Source: Elusimicrobiota bacterium (GTDB lineage: Bacteria; Elusimicrobiota; Endomicrobiia; Endomicrobiales; JBDRNC01). From it: 64,000 nt of DNA. A program made the position numbers and the translations under genes. Positions 24,501 to 27,812 of this stretch are shown here, in pieces. The notes under the pieces were generated by a model that had not been told where the DNA came from, did not search any database, and saw only the letters and a program-made list of their open reading frames with translations. The stretch's first letter is position 1. Every line of letters starts with the position of its first letter. The stretch spans positions 1 to 64,000 of the forward strand of contig JBDRNC010000008.1 of assembly GCA_043811535.1 (NCBI GenBank), in the 5' to 3' direction.

Positions 24501-25084
24501 GGCTCGGAAGCACGGATGGAACGCTGTCCGTCTCATCCACGACAGCGACATCTATAGGAGTCTCAGCCCTCATTATAGACGGCTTCGTCAATCCCGCGCG
24601 CAACACACTTGATATCTATTTCGGGGACGATTCCGGCGCGTTCAGGGCGCGCAATCCGAGCAACCTGACGGGAAAGCCCGAGAATTGGAATGACGTGAAT
24701 GTAAGCACGCCGGTCAGGGGATCTCCTTTCTATGACGGAAACCGCGGCATGTATTTCGGGGCTGACAACGGTAAAATCTACAAGGTTGACTTCTCAAGCG
24801 GCGGAATCTACTGGACGTTCCAGACCGGAGGGCCCGTAAAGTTCATGCCTCTGGCAATAAGCACGATGGTCTTCTGCGGCTCTGACGACGGCTACTTCTA
24901 CGGGCTCAACGCCCAGGACGGCAGCATGATGCAGGGCTTCCCGATAGCGACCGGCGGGGAGATCCGCGGGGCCGCGGTTTACGATGATCCCGACTTCAAC
25001 GGGCATAATTTCCCGTCCGGCGACGAGAGGGTGTACTTCTCCTCAAACGACGGCAAGGTCTACTGCGTGGAAATATATAAGTAA
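2..25084 (+). CDS. Giant repetitive extracellular/surface protein (>8360 aa, 5' end outside window): Ig/FN3-like repeats, duplicated propeller-like domain, lamin-tail domains, C-terminal PQQ-type beta-propeller
   Basis: Single open frame from the window edge to TAA at 25084. Recurrent DTTPP/KKDT linkers, WTAPGDDG-type FN3 motifs, INEV..DWIELY lamin-tail motifs and C-terminal GSDDG/GADNG PQQ-like blades. The first codon is not a real start. Confidence 0.93.
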   Translation: MNNPINNYTTNQMTLSFSWAGVTDLPAGVTTYTLQISTASDFSKINYSSTTYLTSASLSIAQSSYTWRVNVMDNELNYTTSTARYSLIVDTTPPTAVSTLNNPINNYTTNQMTLSFSWAGVTDLPAGVTTYTLQISTASDFSKINYSSTTYLTTASMSIAQSSYTWRVNVMDNALNYTTSTARYSLIVDTTPPPEITTLSSPADNYTTSHMTLSFSWTGVSDLPAGVTTYTLQLSTASDFSKINYSSTTYLTSAAVTIAQSSYTWRVNVMDRALNYTNSAARWTVIVDTTPPPQVSVFTGPADNFITRNTTHTYSWTGVTDGLSGTKNYILQLSTAQDFSKINFSSSTLLTTATLDTNHAYYKWRVLTYDISLNVSTSSLSYSLLVDTIAPEITSYETGDDTWQKALGETYDVRFYDQGYAQSKLDVIQYRIETATGYPALDWQNITVPPANQYSYTTPWQVIFSKLVEQVTNYVYVRAWDIAGSTTAPAQPVFYIKKDETNPYLVDNQFGDNTWRWKQGTTYSIEFYDKGGSGLDHVNYRASHYIGDTLQNLLFDWRPLLTSLNGTTFYAQPWQVPDFGDLKEGKNLIAVALYDRAGNTLTHDSYPEPFYILKDTTPPQAHSHQSGDTNWRTSNNGTYDVDFQDAASGSGVSSFEVIVSTSQSMQPPYLCPWTKVADINSYDYQEDWQLPASAWEAIPSGNQNNYVSVRAYDFAGNTSAVLTDAFYVKKDTAPPEPDNQQTGDDEWQNLGGNTYSYFFTDDESLLDSAQYIVRNGPNITDAAWAPGWVNIFTSTNVASYSQAWQVDFNNLWTGTNYVFVRFWDIAGSTAAPSSPAFYVKKDKIEPTISNKVTGDFDWRNSSGTKYDIDFLDAYSGVWKADYLVKDPQGNVKVDWTNIFTSAGTPEYNTDWALNKEDFEQLLDGTTNFAYVRSYDIAGNLSQPSNSMFFILKDTDPPSMQVNGITYFQGVENWGAKHNTDFYETRAEGRVPGYSGLKNAQYTIWTATWPASGNEADHEGQQRKTWTNILGLTQGATYYTADWAIDFTTLPDLVTCYVSVRVNDMAGNTSSYFDAYKVLRTTSVVLIIYDYQEGDFAWLNSSGSLLSKYFNVDFESSSGQYISSATVQIWDDILQSGTMLSDWTTVVSTQDPIFYFSDDWRVAPTSWTGLSIDYLWGLMREGTNYISVRAYDVAGNTLTLQDVFYVRKDTTVPVIQNYMSGGDLNWRNSSGTVYNVYFNDLMAGLATAQYTIHYSTGQEGEEAAPWTNIFASSMTGKTFTTSWAVTEQIWNNIKEGATAYVSARVYDLPGNATEINDVFFILKDTTPPGDPSNTSPGDKTFSNQLSTAFLWTVPSDSASRVKQYELNVATSSDFGAIAFSSVTALAQSTLLLNQSTYYWRVKAVDNASNASQFSDYYSFIADTAPPSAPSLSSPSDNYTTNQMQLTFSWTPVSDSPSGLNGYDLYISTASDFSVWTSSAFISVPSSVFQLPSGIYFWRTRARDFAANASQYSAYYTVTVDTFGPVINDYQPGDDSWRNALGTSYNVDFIDRQSKLKAIEYAVWTTSDQAGDPVKDWFPISGVDGLSEYTDNWQISYSALIEGVSNYVSVRAWDNLLQYTTSWNVFHVLKDETPPSVNNQELGGDTNWRNSSGTVYNVSFNDTGGSKLSYFQVRIATGTGGSGIIIQDWASKVSGIDSNSYDTPWSIASSVWNSMREGRNWISVRAYDNATNLYTYPDAFFIAKDTTPLVITNTQQGENYWRSINNGSYSVSFNDAVSGSGVMKFEVKASTVYGSSGPDLTSWTLVLNTSTYSYSQKWNLPGAAWDAMLSGATNYVSVQAYDYASTTTLTSAFYVLKDTLPPVIESYQGGDDTWRKQNDGTYSFYFLDTGGSKLNKFQVRASTKGYGESPFALDWTDSGTGFSDTTSYTDAFLLLGSHFTLLLPGTNYISLRVLDQAGSTTTLASAFYILKDTQPPSGTAAAPLSSGDHTFDVTQNSSDEGYSGIQYVKLYWADETSQPYDWAQYGGTYSGGQISFTAPADGTYGFRIVAFDNAMNTDESDPPPASSTPESSTVVDTAGPDIVKNMSGDDVWRSTDIPGGYSIAFNDAGSLLDSAQYAVYSGADYGLPLIKDWTNIFTSTIVASYNENWPIDFETCKTSFNWVSVRAWDVSGTTTTLKDAFYVKKDTTPPDIVQTQQGDTTWRKTLGTVYDIDFNDYFSLVSYFQYMASTSPAGAGNPVISWTTLTSGISSTTYSADWQVDFDALRENATNYISVKVFDYAGNFKVYDDVFFVLKDTTPPTFVKTQTGDNTWRDAPPAQKYDVDFKDTGGSKLQAVQYTVWSSTGRTGGSELVGWTNIEVNISSDGYDANWDVDFANLVDGATNYVSVRAWDMAGSTATLNDVFYIRKDDAGPTIKNWQSGDTQWRKTNSGFYNVDLEDNASGADYLQTEVNTQQNRGGTQIEEWTTNLPGINQNLYEENWKILDATFEKLAQGDNWISLRAFDVTGNSSTVTDAFYIKKDTDYPEIYDYQDDDTIWRSSAALEGYNVDFYDYVSLLSNAQYSVWTSSNEQGTPVLGWTDIQSGINAESFESNWQLDFPLLAQGTNYISVQAADMAGNTSPVMKDVFFVRKDTEAPQQLTDLALTSGGGTPEGNIILSWTSPGDNGFSGLASAYLSRYSESAIANETDWENASRFGNDWIPAPPGQNENTHSITGLDTTKTYYIAVRAVDKAGNLSVSWNSPGPTAPGPDVTKPATITTLFAEPGGFVGEIRLTWTAVGDNDKTGTAASYVLKHSANPIQNLTDWSNATEFSQGWQPMAPGGFEDKTLQGLTAGNTYHFAIIAKDEADNASELSNSTSTIAQSSFSRDGMAVWGTNTSPSDSPRFNMWTPPNWGAQNKTANSAAATIRWMRLASCPVFKDEKLMGIFTYDGAAEPAADFYLQKWDGLNSTWTSNSPFGRQNTVLSTLYSAYRGFDIAYEQNSGRALVAYWNGTGGNISYKVWSSTAAAVIQTGTLALTGTAGNVYWVRLEPLPGTDKIMLATMDSNSDIFAAVWDSTNSWVTTSKSTMTLASSIATEECFDIAWEQQSQRGVIVFGDSGGIEYNIWSSTAGKWLAVNAPLTGPSIGGAVPNWLKIKSDPTSNRIGLTSIDGSTDWNVSIWNGSTWSAPPAEDGKMETNAARCSDIAWEKDSGRCIVVGVRTNVTSFEYLGWTPSNGWINPSDNSAATPNTAPTDSYSFSGQISWLTLVSDPNTNKIMLMGLDQSAAIHSRVWSISSWSTGKQHEANPSAGSSYECYAFEFNKQDIQPPVVTNNQSGDDNWRASNTASYAVNFGDQGGSHLSHYQLKITTGPNYSGKLILDWTTQPTALYPLDSYDSSWQITNSTFSALDEGKNYVSVKLYDFARNSKEETDVFYIRKDTTAPTVPALSQPPDKSITSNANVNFGWSGSVDYFSGVAGYDLYISTDEYFGVWKSSAFASVPSSVIQLPSDIYYWRVKARDNISNYSSFSSTFAVIVDTMPPVITNPLSSGDTTWRSSTVLYNVDFADEGKSLLDTAQYSAWSSTGGGGSQLIGWTNIFASTKVASYTDDWQINIGLLSNGTNYISVRAWDVAGTTTSVTDAFFVRKDTVQPTMQNKQSGDTTWRNSSGTVYNVEFFDSGGSLLDKVQYTAYSSTGMEGTPVIPWTSIAVNISSAGFTNYWEVEFSSLAAGINQISVRAIDYAGSSATLTDAFYIKKDTQPPTHTNYISGGDSNWRGAQGTLYNVTYEDGGGSLLSYFQVKASTVDSGTGNDLITWTNVAANIDTFTYTSAWQIPDNVWYALMPDVTNYISIKIADYAGNSTATINSFFILKDTFSPSIEDFQADDLTWHGSSGTLYNVNFYDTGGSKLNRIQYTVWSDTSQLAVQHIPWTDISPALPGGTTFYITAWDPTFALMANGTNYVSVRTWDGAGSTVTLNNAFSVWKDSQAPSIQNNQTGDTSWRNAAGTLYSVYFNDAGGSLLHTFQVKASTMTSGSPALSDWTNVAQNILNNSYNSNWSLPAAVFNSLLPEVTNYIFVRVWDVAGSTVTTSTQYAFYVKKDTIPPVVVDNQTGDDTWYSTDQSKLYDVNFFDTGGSKINNIQYQIKSSTGGVMLDWSTVALSVNATYYINDWGVTFSALVPGYNYISVKVSDLAGNTSTYSDVFYVKKDTTVPQISIGSGLQNGDLAWRSGGGTLYDVNFYAQGTSNIDTMQYCVHAAPNYGNPQKIGWTNIGGTPPLNIASYETDWTINNFAALQEGGTNYVSVRAWNITGSTYTYTDAFRVFKDNTVPAIIDPVPGDDTSWRSANDAYHNVDLTDLPIDGSKLSYLQVKVTSGPFQSGTLYLDWTPQLASLNTTSYNTDWKLLDNTFDTLREGINYVSGKAFDGALNNYTLTDIFFVFKDTTPPSVISYQQGNTTWTKTNNGFYNVDLFDTPVSSGSKLSKFQVRASTVAGGNDPWTTSWTDNTLSIGATHYTANWQLVQGVWDLLPCGTNYISVRAYDGALNVSTISVDSFYIRKDTIPPQITDLQDETTEPWRISNPGAVWNVDFKDIHSYLDTAQWAAFTGPGQGGSQVSGWNSIFLGLNSLEYASEWNLGDAEWNLLPCGTSYISVMAWDIAGSTSSKNDVFVVRKDTAGPQIIKNQSGYDTWLSANPGAIWNVDFKDELSQLASAYFKLSTGTYLAQELTAWTTIFYFVPNNVLYETNWGFSQNVWNLIPEGTSYVTLNAYDNLGNLTTYYDVFYVRKDTTAPTVQNLQADIYAASPQDLGAIDVDFYDTGKSKLDYMQYTIRPTTGIPAQYIIDWTTLLSALNATYYEQDWSIESNYTELPNETTSYLSLKVIDGAGNTTTYADAFAIFKRAEGPTITNNIQGGDVNWRSSLSAVLYNVDFQSNSGFDLDRFEIKICSGTGQPADKTIFNWFVKQANINSASYTDNWSIAQSTFAALPQGYNYVSIRVYDKGGLSTSLSDVFFIKKDTALPVIENLQPNATIYTVSPLGCDVNFYDYGIGVATAQYIASTSSTNPLGTALTGWTDIFHGAAQPGYTADWTVSNWSQLVEWTTNYISVRAFDGLNQLTTSFAAFSVWKDTTAPSVPSLTDPPDQAMLSYSNVTFNWGSSTDLRSGVFGYDLYISTDQNFAVWTSSAFVSLPTSDFQLPTGQYYWKVRSRDNAGNLSSYPAAGSFMLDISSPTIQDNQSGYDVWLTSNPGAIWNISFADTGSGLTTAQYRIYSGAGETGDPLTGWEDIFASTGKPEYTAQWSVLVDSCAEGINYVTVRCFDNVYLSTKIADVFYVKKDTSAPVISNNGELDGDLEWRNVSKVQGYNVDMEDAGSGLKDGEYAVYTDTGLNGTQKIDWKPIFSDWGQNSFTSNWSVIFANLQEGGTNYVSVRLTDTLLHIATYYDVFFIKMDMTKPTIVNHEPSQSDSTWRKTDPGAVYDVDYFDTPLEGSQLEKFQTKAMSGQLLSGTTVWDWTDYEPALNINTTYYTSPWSVLFSSASEGQNYISVRAYDNAGNYDTQPDVFFVRKDTTAPIISYNQTGDNTWRSLNDGEYETDFIDAVTGSGIQYFEVAASTTSTETGSSWVTAVTTNTISYTAKWKLPDSIFDNMSSLTTNYVWARAYDFADNVSTSTDYLFYVRKDTVGVEIQNHETEQRNRVWISSSQIYDVDFYSKSDSLLLGAQYTAHLGQNLSDTETLEWTDVQGFTPMSGTSHETDWQIPPADFASLRDGATNWISVRCWNVAGSTYTKNDAFFVWKDTTPPNEPPLSSPQNGYFSGQLANSFIWTAAADIPAGIKNYVLQLSTSSDFIPVSFSSVTALLNASVSVVQSSYSWRVNAQDNALNYTTSTLKYSVVVDTTPPPVISALNSPADNYATNQHLITFGWDAVSDAPAGMKNYVLQLSTSSDFGKISYSSSTALVSAVLTVAQSSYTWRVNSQDNSLNYTTSTTRYTIIVDTTGPPQVSTLSSPADNYASGLATVAFSWGSVADYPAGLKDYALQISTSPDFSVVNYSSTTVLATAQVSVAQSSYTWRVNVKDTLLNYTTSTAKYTVIVDTTPPPQVSSLNAPSDNSATSQLTLTFNWSGVTDGPAGIKNYILQISTASDFSKINYSSATAKITASAALIQSSYTWRVNVTDNALNYTTSTAKYTILADTTAPSAPALSSPGNGYTTNQLTIPFDWADVSDEPAGINGYSFYLSTASGFSVWKSSEFVVPSTVNRQLSTGVQYWAVYAMDRALNNSAISSIFSITVDTTAPRITNYEPQVPDWTNSMKERNVDFADDTIGVKVASYTAYTGAGKSVSQSIAWTTIIDSNPALALYTDNWPLQFAMLAPGTNYISLRIEDKLGNTTDCIDVFKVFKDTVPPASVTNLSAAQDTNAGDIKITWTAPIDDNLTDPAGRRMKNYLVKHRESNFTGISDFLAHNATFYQAWTPLTPGTTEYRTVTGLTEGTTYYVGVLSSDKAGNYSAALSSAPAWATRIPPGQITTLSALTGDLPGEIKLSWTAPADNAYTGVSAAGYVIKYSTNLITTEAQFRDAATYFWTYSPAVPGTAEEKLLQGLTPSATYYIAMKTNDAAGNYSLISNTVPCKAAPSGPAAGMLSFVDYGDGTPKYQGWTGSAWNSATPALAASANTRYLRLKSCNVVKNQKLLGVLTYDGTAEPDGDLYLQKWDGLAPGWTDLGRINTNQGNMFSSYRGFDIAYEQNSGKALIIYCDGATGTAAYKVWSSTSSEFVKTSALPLGMLTGNVYWIKAKPQNGSNRILVAALDSNSDIFAGVWDGDSNTWINTSTRTLTQTASIATKECFDVAWEQLSGRAIVFWGQGAVTPYTRFDIWTSSAGWLTTSALPTGVNGPVINAASNWISMASDPISDKIAMSSISTTPRWQVSVWNGTWAAVTQLGANTNESNAARTADIAWEKDTGACLAAGVGTANALYLSWSRWTGSNWPAVANDTTYTWSDDLTFTELYPDPNTNKILAMGIDINGNLRTRIWTGQAMSGGESHSARVSQWTTGTNHPYQPARIALDMHDNSAPNITSSQTGDDTWRNASGKYKVAFDDSGGSKLSYVQTAVRTAAYPSGTWLKDFPDGSPDISAMNTNNWTTDWAFIDTTWQKLQRGPNNYISVRVFDGVGNQSAVSYNTFYVWKDTEPPQISNGEAGGDYTWTNANRTYSVNFDDQADLSKLDVVQYCVYSSSELKTGTQVIGWTSVAGPAYNAASFNGLNLNFDLLAHNTNYVSVRAWDIAGTTTTKVDAFKIFKDTQPPADINTLSASSGPYRGTIDLTWDAPGDDGTASDNSLCLYTVKYATYPISTLALFNGASTWTQIKPSASPGDQESITVTGLTVGTTYYFAIRTKDKANNNSAVSNYASSLPRSQNIYINEVYASGSSGSDWIELYSNMQSSESLSGWTLVYNLGTIDNPQGESPVWTGVAESSITAGGLKLIGDLDLGSGHVKLKDAQSRTVDTVQWPSLPSSKSYARILDGSFDFFEPDPTPSTGTLNRVPLSSSTVKISEVDYASGQQFIELYNTSESTLTLSGWTLRSIQGVPFRFTRVIYPKSFTVMDYNSVDVTSTTWTDAFGTSGLVPDSDFAALEDNFGRVVDRVTWRTAQNLTYYNYKNVQVAFDLPASGAAASGQTIGRNQDEILDTGNNVTDFSILTQSSYGFRNKNDTFAASNNLYYPSASSTIPRRFKIDLKLGADSAAGRNNTLWFIRIDGSTDQKSPHIYRLKDIGYNVSDFSATQSTVQIGVDFADQDSNKLKDGAIYKIILMSDTGSEAAPPTALASVTYDASYHSMNAESIVPPYITNSADAGLARLNIYNNYPSEGSSIELSTVTVTFIKPDGQTMVSNEAKLLFNSISVVADHLTLGTQGSYQSDIDTDLFGQILNADINLAGGSQQIPAENPDSDITQVVANSTRTYFVSVKLTDTANAQNPNSFKFKITLGTSTVWRDSVSNIDQPALPGADILTSTPVIVAPVVKPPDTNYPVTIASPGTELRGSIVLSYDSDYNANTTFSGTSDGTLHALDTFGNVKWTFNAGAPIVNQFENVESFAPYLPYLFVVTESGIMYKLQDDGNSYSQIWSPPKDFLSPVTTDIGRDTSGAHYMVGTQDGRLHKITTTGDDAAEWKTNLFLDGALVGTPVVDELAGVNGVFFGTKAGTLYRLGSTDGTLSVSSTTATSIGVSALIIDGFVNPARNTLDIYFGDDSGAFRARNPSNLTGKPENWNDVNVSTPVRGSPFYDGNRGMYFGADNGKIYKVDFSSGGIYWTFQTGGPVKFMPLAISTMVFCGSDDGYFYGLNAQDGSMMQGFPIATGGEIRGAAVYDDPDFNGHNFPSGDERVYFSSNDGKVYCVEIYK
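8595..9905 (+). repeat. Propeller-like domain, copy 1 (within giant CDS; approximate limits)
   Basis: Shares YLQKWDG, YRGFDIAYEQNSG, DSNSDIFAxVWD, CFD(I/V)AWEQ, DIAWEKD and DPNTNKI with 19820-21108. Confidence 0.85.
19820..21108 (+). repeat. Propeller-like domain, copy 2 (within giant CDS; approximate limits)
   Basis: Colinear motifs shared with 8595-9905. Both copies are preceded by two FN3-like domains. Confidence 0.85.
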
Positions 25085-25086
25085 TC

Positions 25087-25265
25087 AAGACGGAAGATGG
25101 AAGTTTGAAGACGGAAGCAAACAACGGAGAGAATACTATGAATTCACTAAAAACAACTTTTTTAATCTTTAGAAGGATTTTTTTTCTTTACTTCCTTCTT
25201 CCTTCTTCCGTCTTCCTTCTGTTTTTCTTCCTGCTTACTTCCGTCTTCCATCTTCCGTCTTCCAA
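25087..25265. repeat. Inverted heptamer arrays enclosing the RBS and start codon
   Basis: AAGACGG AAGATGG AAGTTTG AAGACGG (25087-25114) is complementary to CTTCCGT CTTCCAT CTTCCGT CTTCCAA (25238-25265). A further CTTCCTT/CTTCCGT array lies at 25191-25218. Confidence 0.85.
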
Positions 25266-27762
25266 CTTATATGCTGCCTCCTGGCCGGTTTTCCGCGCCT
25301 CGGCCGACCGTTCAGGCATGCTGATAGAACAGGCCGAACCGGGGGGTGAGGACGGGCTGGAATCCCCGTGGAGTTTCATGTACCGCGAAACCGCTTCATC
25401 CGCTTTCAGGGTGTCGGGCAACATCGTTTCTTCCCCGGTGGTATATAAGGGAATCGTATATTTCGGCGCGAGAGACGGTTCCGTCTGGGCGCTTGACACC
25501 GCGACAGGGGAGCAGGTCTGGCAGTACGGGACAGACGACTGGGTTGACGCCACACCCTGCGTTTCAACCGATACGGTTTACGTACCCAGCACTGACAAGA
25601 ATCTTTACGCGTTCGACAGGCTGACCGGAGATATCAGGTGGCAGACATACACGGGCTCGATAGATTCTTCATCGCCGGTGCTTTACGGCGGAAAGCTCTA
25701 TTTCCTGAGCGGAAGCCCGGAGAAGAAGCTTTATGAAGTGGACGCGAAAAGCGGGCAGATACTTAACGGGTATTCGATAAGCCAGTTCGGCTTCTCTTCT
25801 CCATCGGTAAAAAATAACCTCATGTTTTTCGGCACGAACGACGGGCAATTCCATTGTTTTGACCTCGCGGCAAAAAAGATAAAGTGGAGCAGGCAGACGG
25901 AAGGCGGCATATACTATTCAACGCTTGTGGCGGGCGCCACCGCCGTTTACGCGGTCTCCGGGGAAGACGAAAGAAAACTGTTCTGCCTTGACCCTAACAA
26001 TGACGGCGACGTAATATGGCAGTCAGTTGACCTTAATAATAAAAGAGCTGCGGTATCTTCGGTCAGCCTCAGCGAAGATAAAGTCTTCGTCGCCAGCAGT
26101 TCGGGCACCGCGCTCGCGATATTTGCTTTCCCGCTGACGAATCCGTCCCCGGGCCAGCCCGTCCAGCCGTTATGGAGCAAGCGGATAGGCGTACCTCATC
26201 CTGTCGGCGTGGTATCTTCTCCCGCGATAGCAGACGGAGTTGTCTATATCGGATCGGGCGACGGGAACCTTTATTGCCTCAGAACCAGCGATGGATGGTT
26301 TTTCAACAATAATACCAAAGCGTACCAAGAAGCGCCGGTGGGCTATTATCTTTCTTACCAGGGAAGCGTCTCTTCAGGAATAGTGAGTTCTCCCGCGGTA
26401 TCCAACGGGATGGTTTTCGTGGGCACCTATGACGGACAGTTCTACGGATTCAAAGCGGATAAGATAACTTCAATAGCCTCTCCTGACAACACGGAGATTG
26501 TCGTGAAACAATCCCAGATAACCGGCACCGTCGCGAACCCGTCATTCACCGGCTTTAAACTTGAATACGGCGCGGGCGCCAGCCCTTCGCAGTGGATAGA
26601 GATATCTACCGGTTCGGTAGAAGTGGAGGACGGATTACTGGGCGACTGGAACGCTGCGGGACTCGCGGACGGGACCTATTCGCTTAAACTGACCGTGAAC
26701 GGAACTGATGCGAACAGGGCGATAAACCGGGTTACCGTTGACAATCCTCCGATGGCGCCGTCAAACCTTAAGGCGGAAGACACTCCATTCGACGGAGGCG
26801 GCTCGCTGACTCTTTCATGGAACAGATCCGCCGACGACGGCGCGGGCGACAATGACGTGGCCGCTTACAGGATATATAAAAGCACATTCGAGGGGGGATA
26901 TGCCTACCTGGCCCAAGTTTCTGCTCCGGCGACGAGTTACATGGACTCCGCGTGTCCGGCCCAGACAACGTATTATTTCTCCGTTAAATCTGTGGACGCG
27001 CACAGCGAGTCCTCCTACTCCGGCCCGGCGGGCGGATTTTCCATTGTCGACGGCGTTGAGATCCAGCCCGAAACCGGAGGGACTGTTACTTTCAATTACG
27101 CCGGAACCGTCACCGAGGTTGTCATTGAGCCGAACACGTTTACGTCAAAGGTCTGGATAGGCATCCGCATCCCGCCGGATCCGCCGAACACCGGCAAGCC
27201 CGGCAATTCCAAGGATACCAATATCGTAAGGGAGTTCGGCATAACCCCCGCCGACGCGGTGTTTTTGAAGAATGTCATGCTGAAAATACCATACATGCTC
27301 CAGGATATCTCCGGCATGAACAAGGAGAATCTCAGGATATACTGGTGGGACGACGCCAAAAAACAATGGCGCATAGTAAACTCCTCGGACCCGGGCTCAG
27401 AAGACGGCCGGGTCTGGGCTAGCGTGCCGCATTTCTCGCTTTACAGGATAATGGAATATTCTCCCGGGCTTGAGGAACTGCTGACGGAAGACAACACATA
27501 TACGTACCCGAATCCCGCGAAAGGGGATAAACTCTATTTCAAGTTCTATCTCGGCTCAAAGGCCGACGTCATAATAGACGTGTACAACGTCGCGGGCGAA
27601 TTGATAACGCATCTTGAAAAAAATTCATGCCCGGCGGGAATAGTTTCGGAACTCGAGTGGAATATCGGTTCCATCGCGAGCGGAGTGTATGTTTACAGGG
27701 TTGAAGCGAAAACGCCGAGCGCGTCAAAATCATTCAAGAAAAAACTGGCGATAATTCATTAA
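25138..27762 (+). CDS. Secreted PQQ-like beta-propeller protein with FN3/Ig domains and T9SS type A-like C-terminal sorting domain
   Basis: GGAG RBS before ATG 25138 (track start 25105 lies in the repeat). Hydrophobic N-terminus ending LYA|A. Repeated SSP..(V/L)Y(F/I)G blades. C-terminal YPNP...IDVYNVAGELI...SGVYVYRV...KKLAIIH. Confidence 0.88.
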   Translation: MNSLKTTFLIFRRIFFLYFLLPSSVFLLFFFLLTSVFHLPSSNLYAASWPVFRASADRSGMLIEQAEPGGEDGLESPWSFMYRETASSAFRVSGNIVSSPVVYKGIVYFGARDGSVWALDTATGEQVWQYGTDDWVDATPCVSTDTVYVPSTDKNLYAFDRLTGDIRWQTYTGSIDSSSPVLYGGKLYFLSGSPEKKLYEVDAKSGQILNGYSISQFGFSSPSVKNNLMFFGTNDGQFHCFDLAAKKIKWSRQTEGGIYYSTLVAGATAVYAVSGEDERKLFCLDPNNDGDVIWQSVDLNNKRAAVSSVSLSEDKVFVASSSGTALAIFAFPLTNPSPGQPVQPLWSKRIGVPHPVGVVSSPAIADGVVYIGSGDGNLYCLRTSDGWFFNNNTKAYQEAPVGYYLSYQGSVSSGIVSSPAVSNGMVFVGTYDGQFYGFKADKITSIASPDNTEIVVKQSQITGTVANPSFTGFKLEYGAGASPSQWIEISTGSVEVEDGLLGDWNAAGLADGTYSLKLTVNGTDANRAINRVTVDNPPMAPSNLKAEDTPFDGGGSLTLSWNRSADDGAGDNDVAAYRIYKSTFEGGYAYLAQVSAPATSYMDSACPAQTTYYFSVKSVDAHSESSYSGPAGGFSIVDGVEIQPETGGTVTFNYAGTVTEVVIEPNTFTSKVWIGIRIPPDPPNTGKPGNSKDTNIVREFGITPADAVFLKNVMLKIPYMLQDISGMNKENLRIYWWDDAKKQWRIVNSSDPGSEDGRVWASVPHFSLYRIMEYSPGLEELLTEDNTYTYPNPAKGDKLYFKFYLGSKADVIIDVYNVAGELITHLEKNSCPAGIVSELEWNIGSIASGVYVYRVEAKTPSASKSFKKKLAIIH

Positions 27763-27765
27763 CGG

Positions 27766-27796
27766 CAGCAATTTGCAATTAGCCATTAGCAATTGG
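27766..27796. repeat. Heptamer array (AGCAATT-type, 4 units)
   Basis: AGCAATT TGCAATT AGCCATT AGCAATT in the intergenic gap. Confidence 0.7.
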
Positions 27797-27812
27797 TACA
27801 ACGGAGACCAAT

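Noticed and set aside
55..25006. Many short alternative-frame and antisense ORFs inside the giant gene (e.g. 9067-9795, 20402-21106)
   Set aside because: Fully overlapped by a repeat-structured CDS, with no recognisable motifs; expected shadow ORFs.
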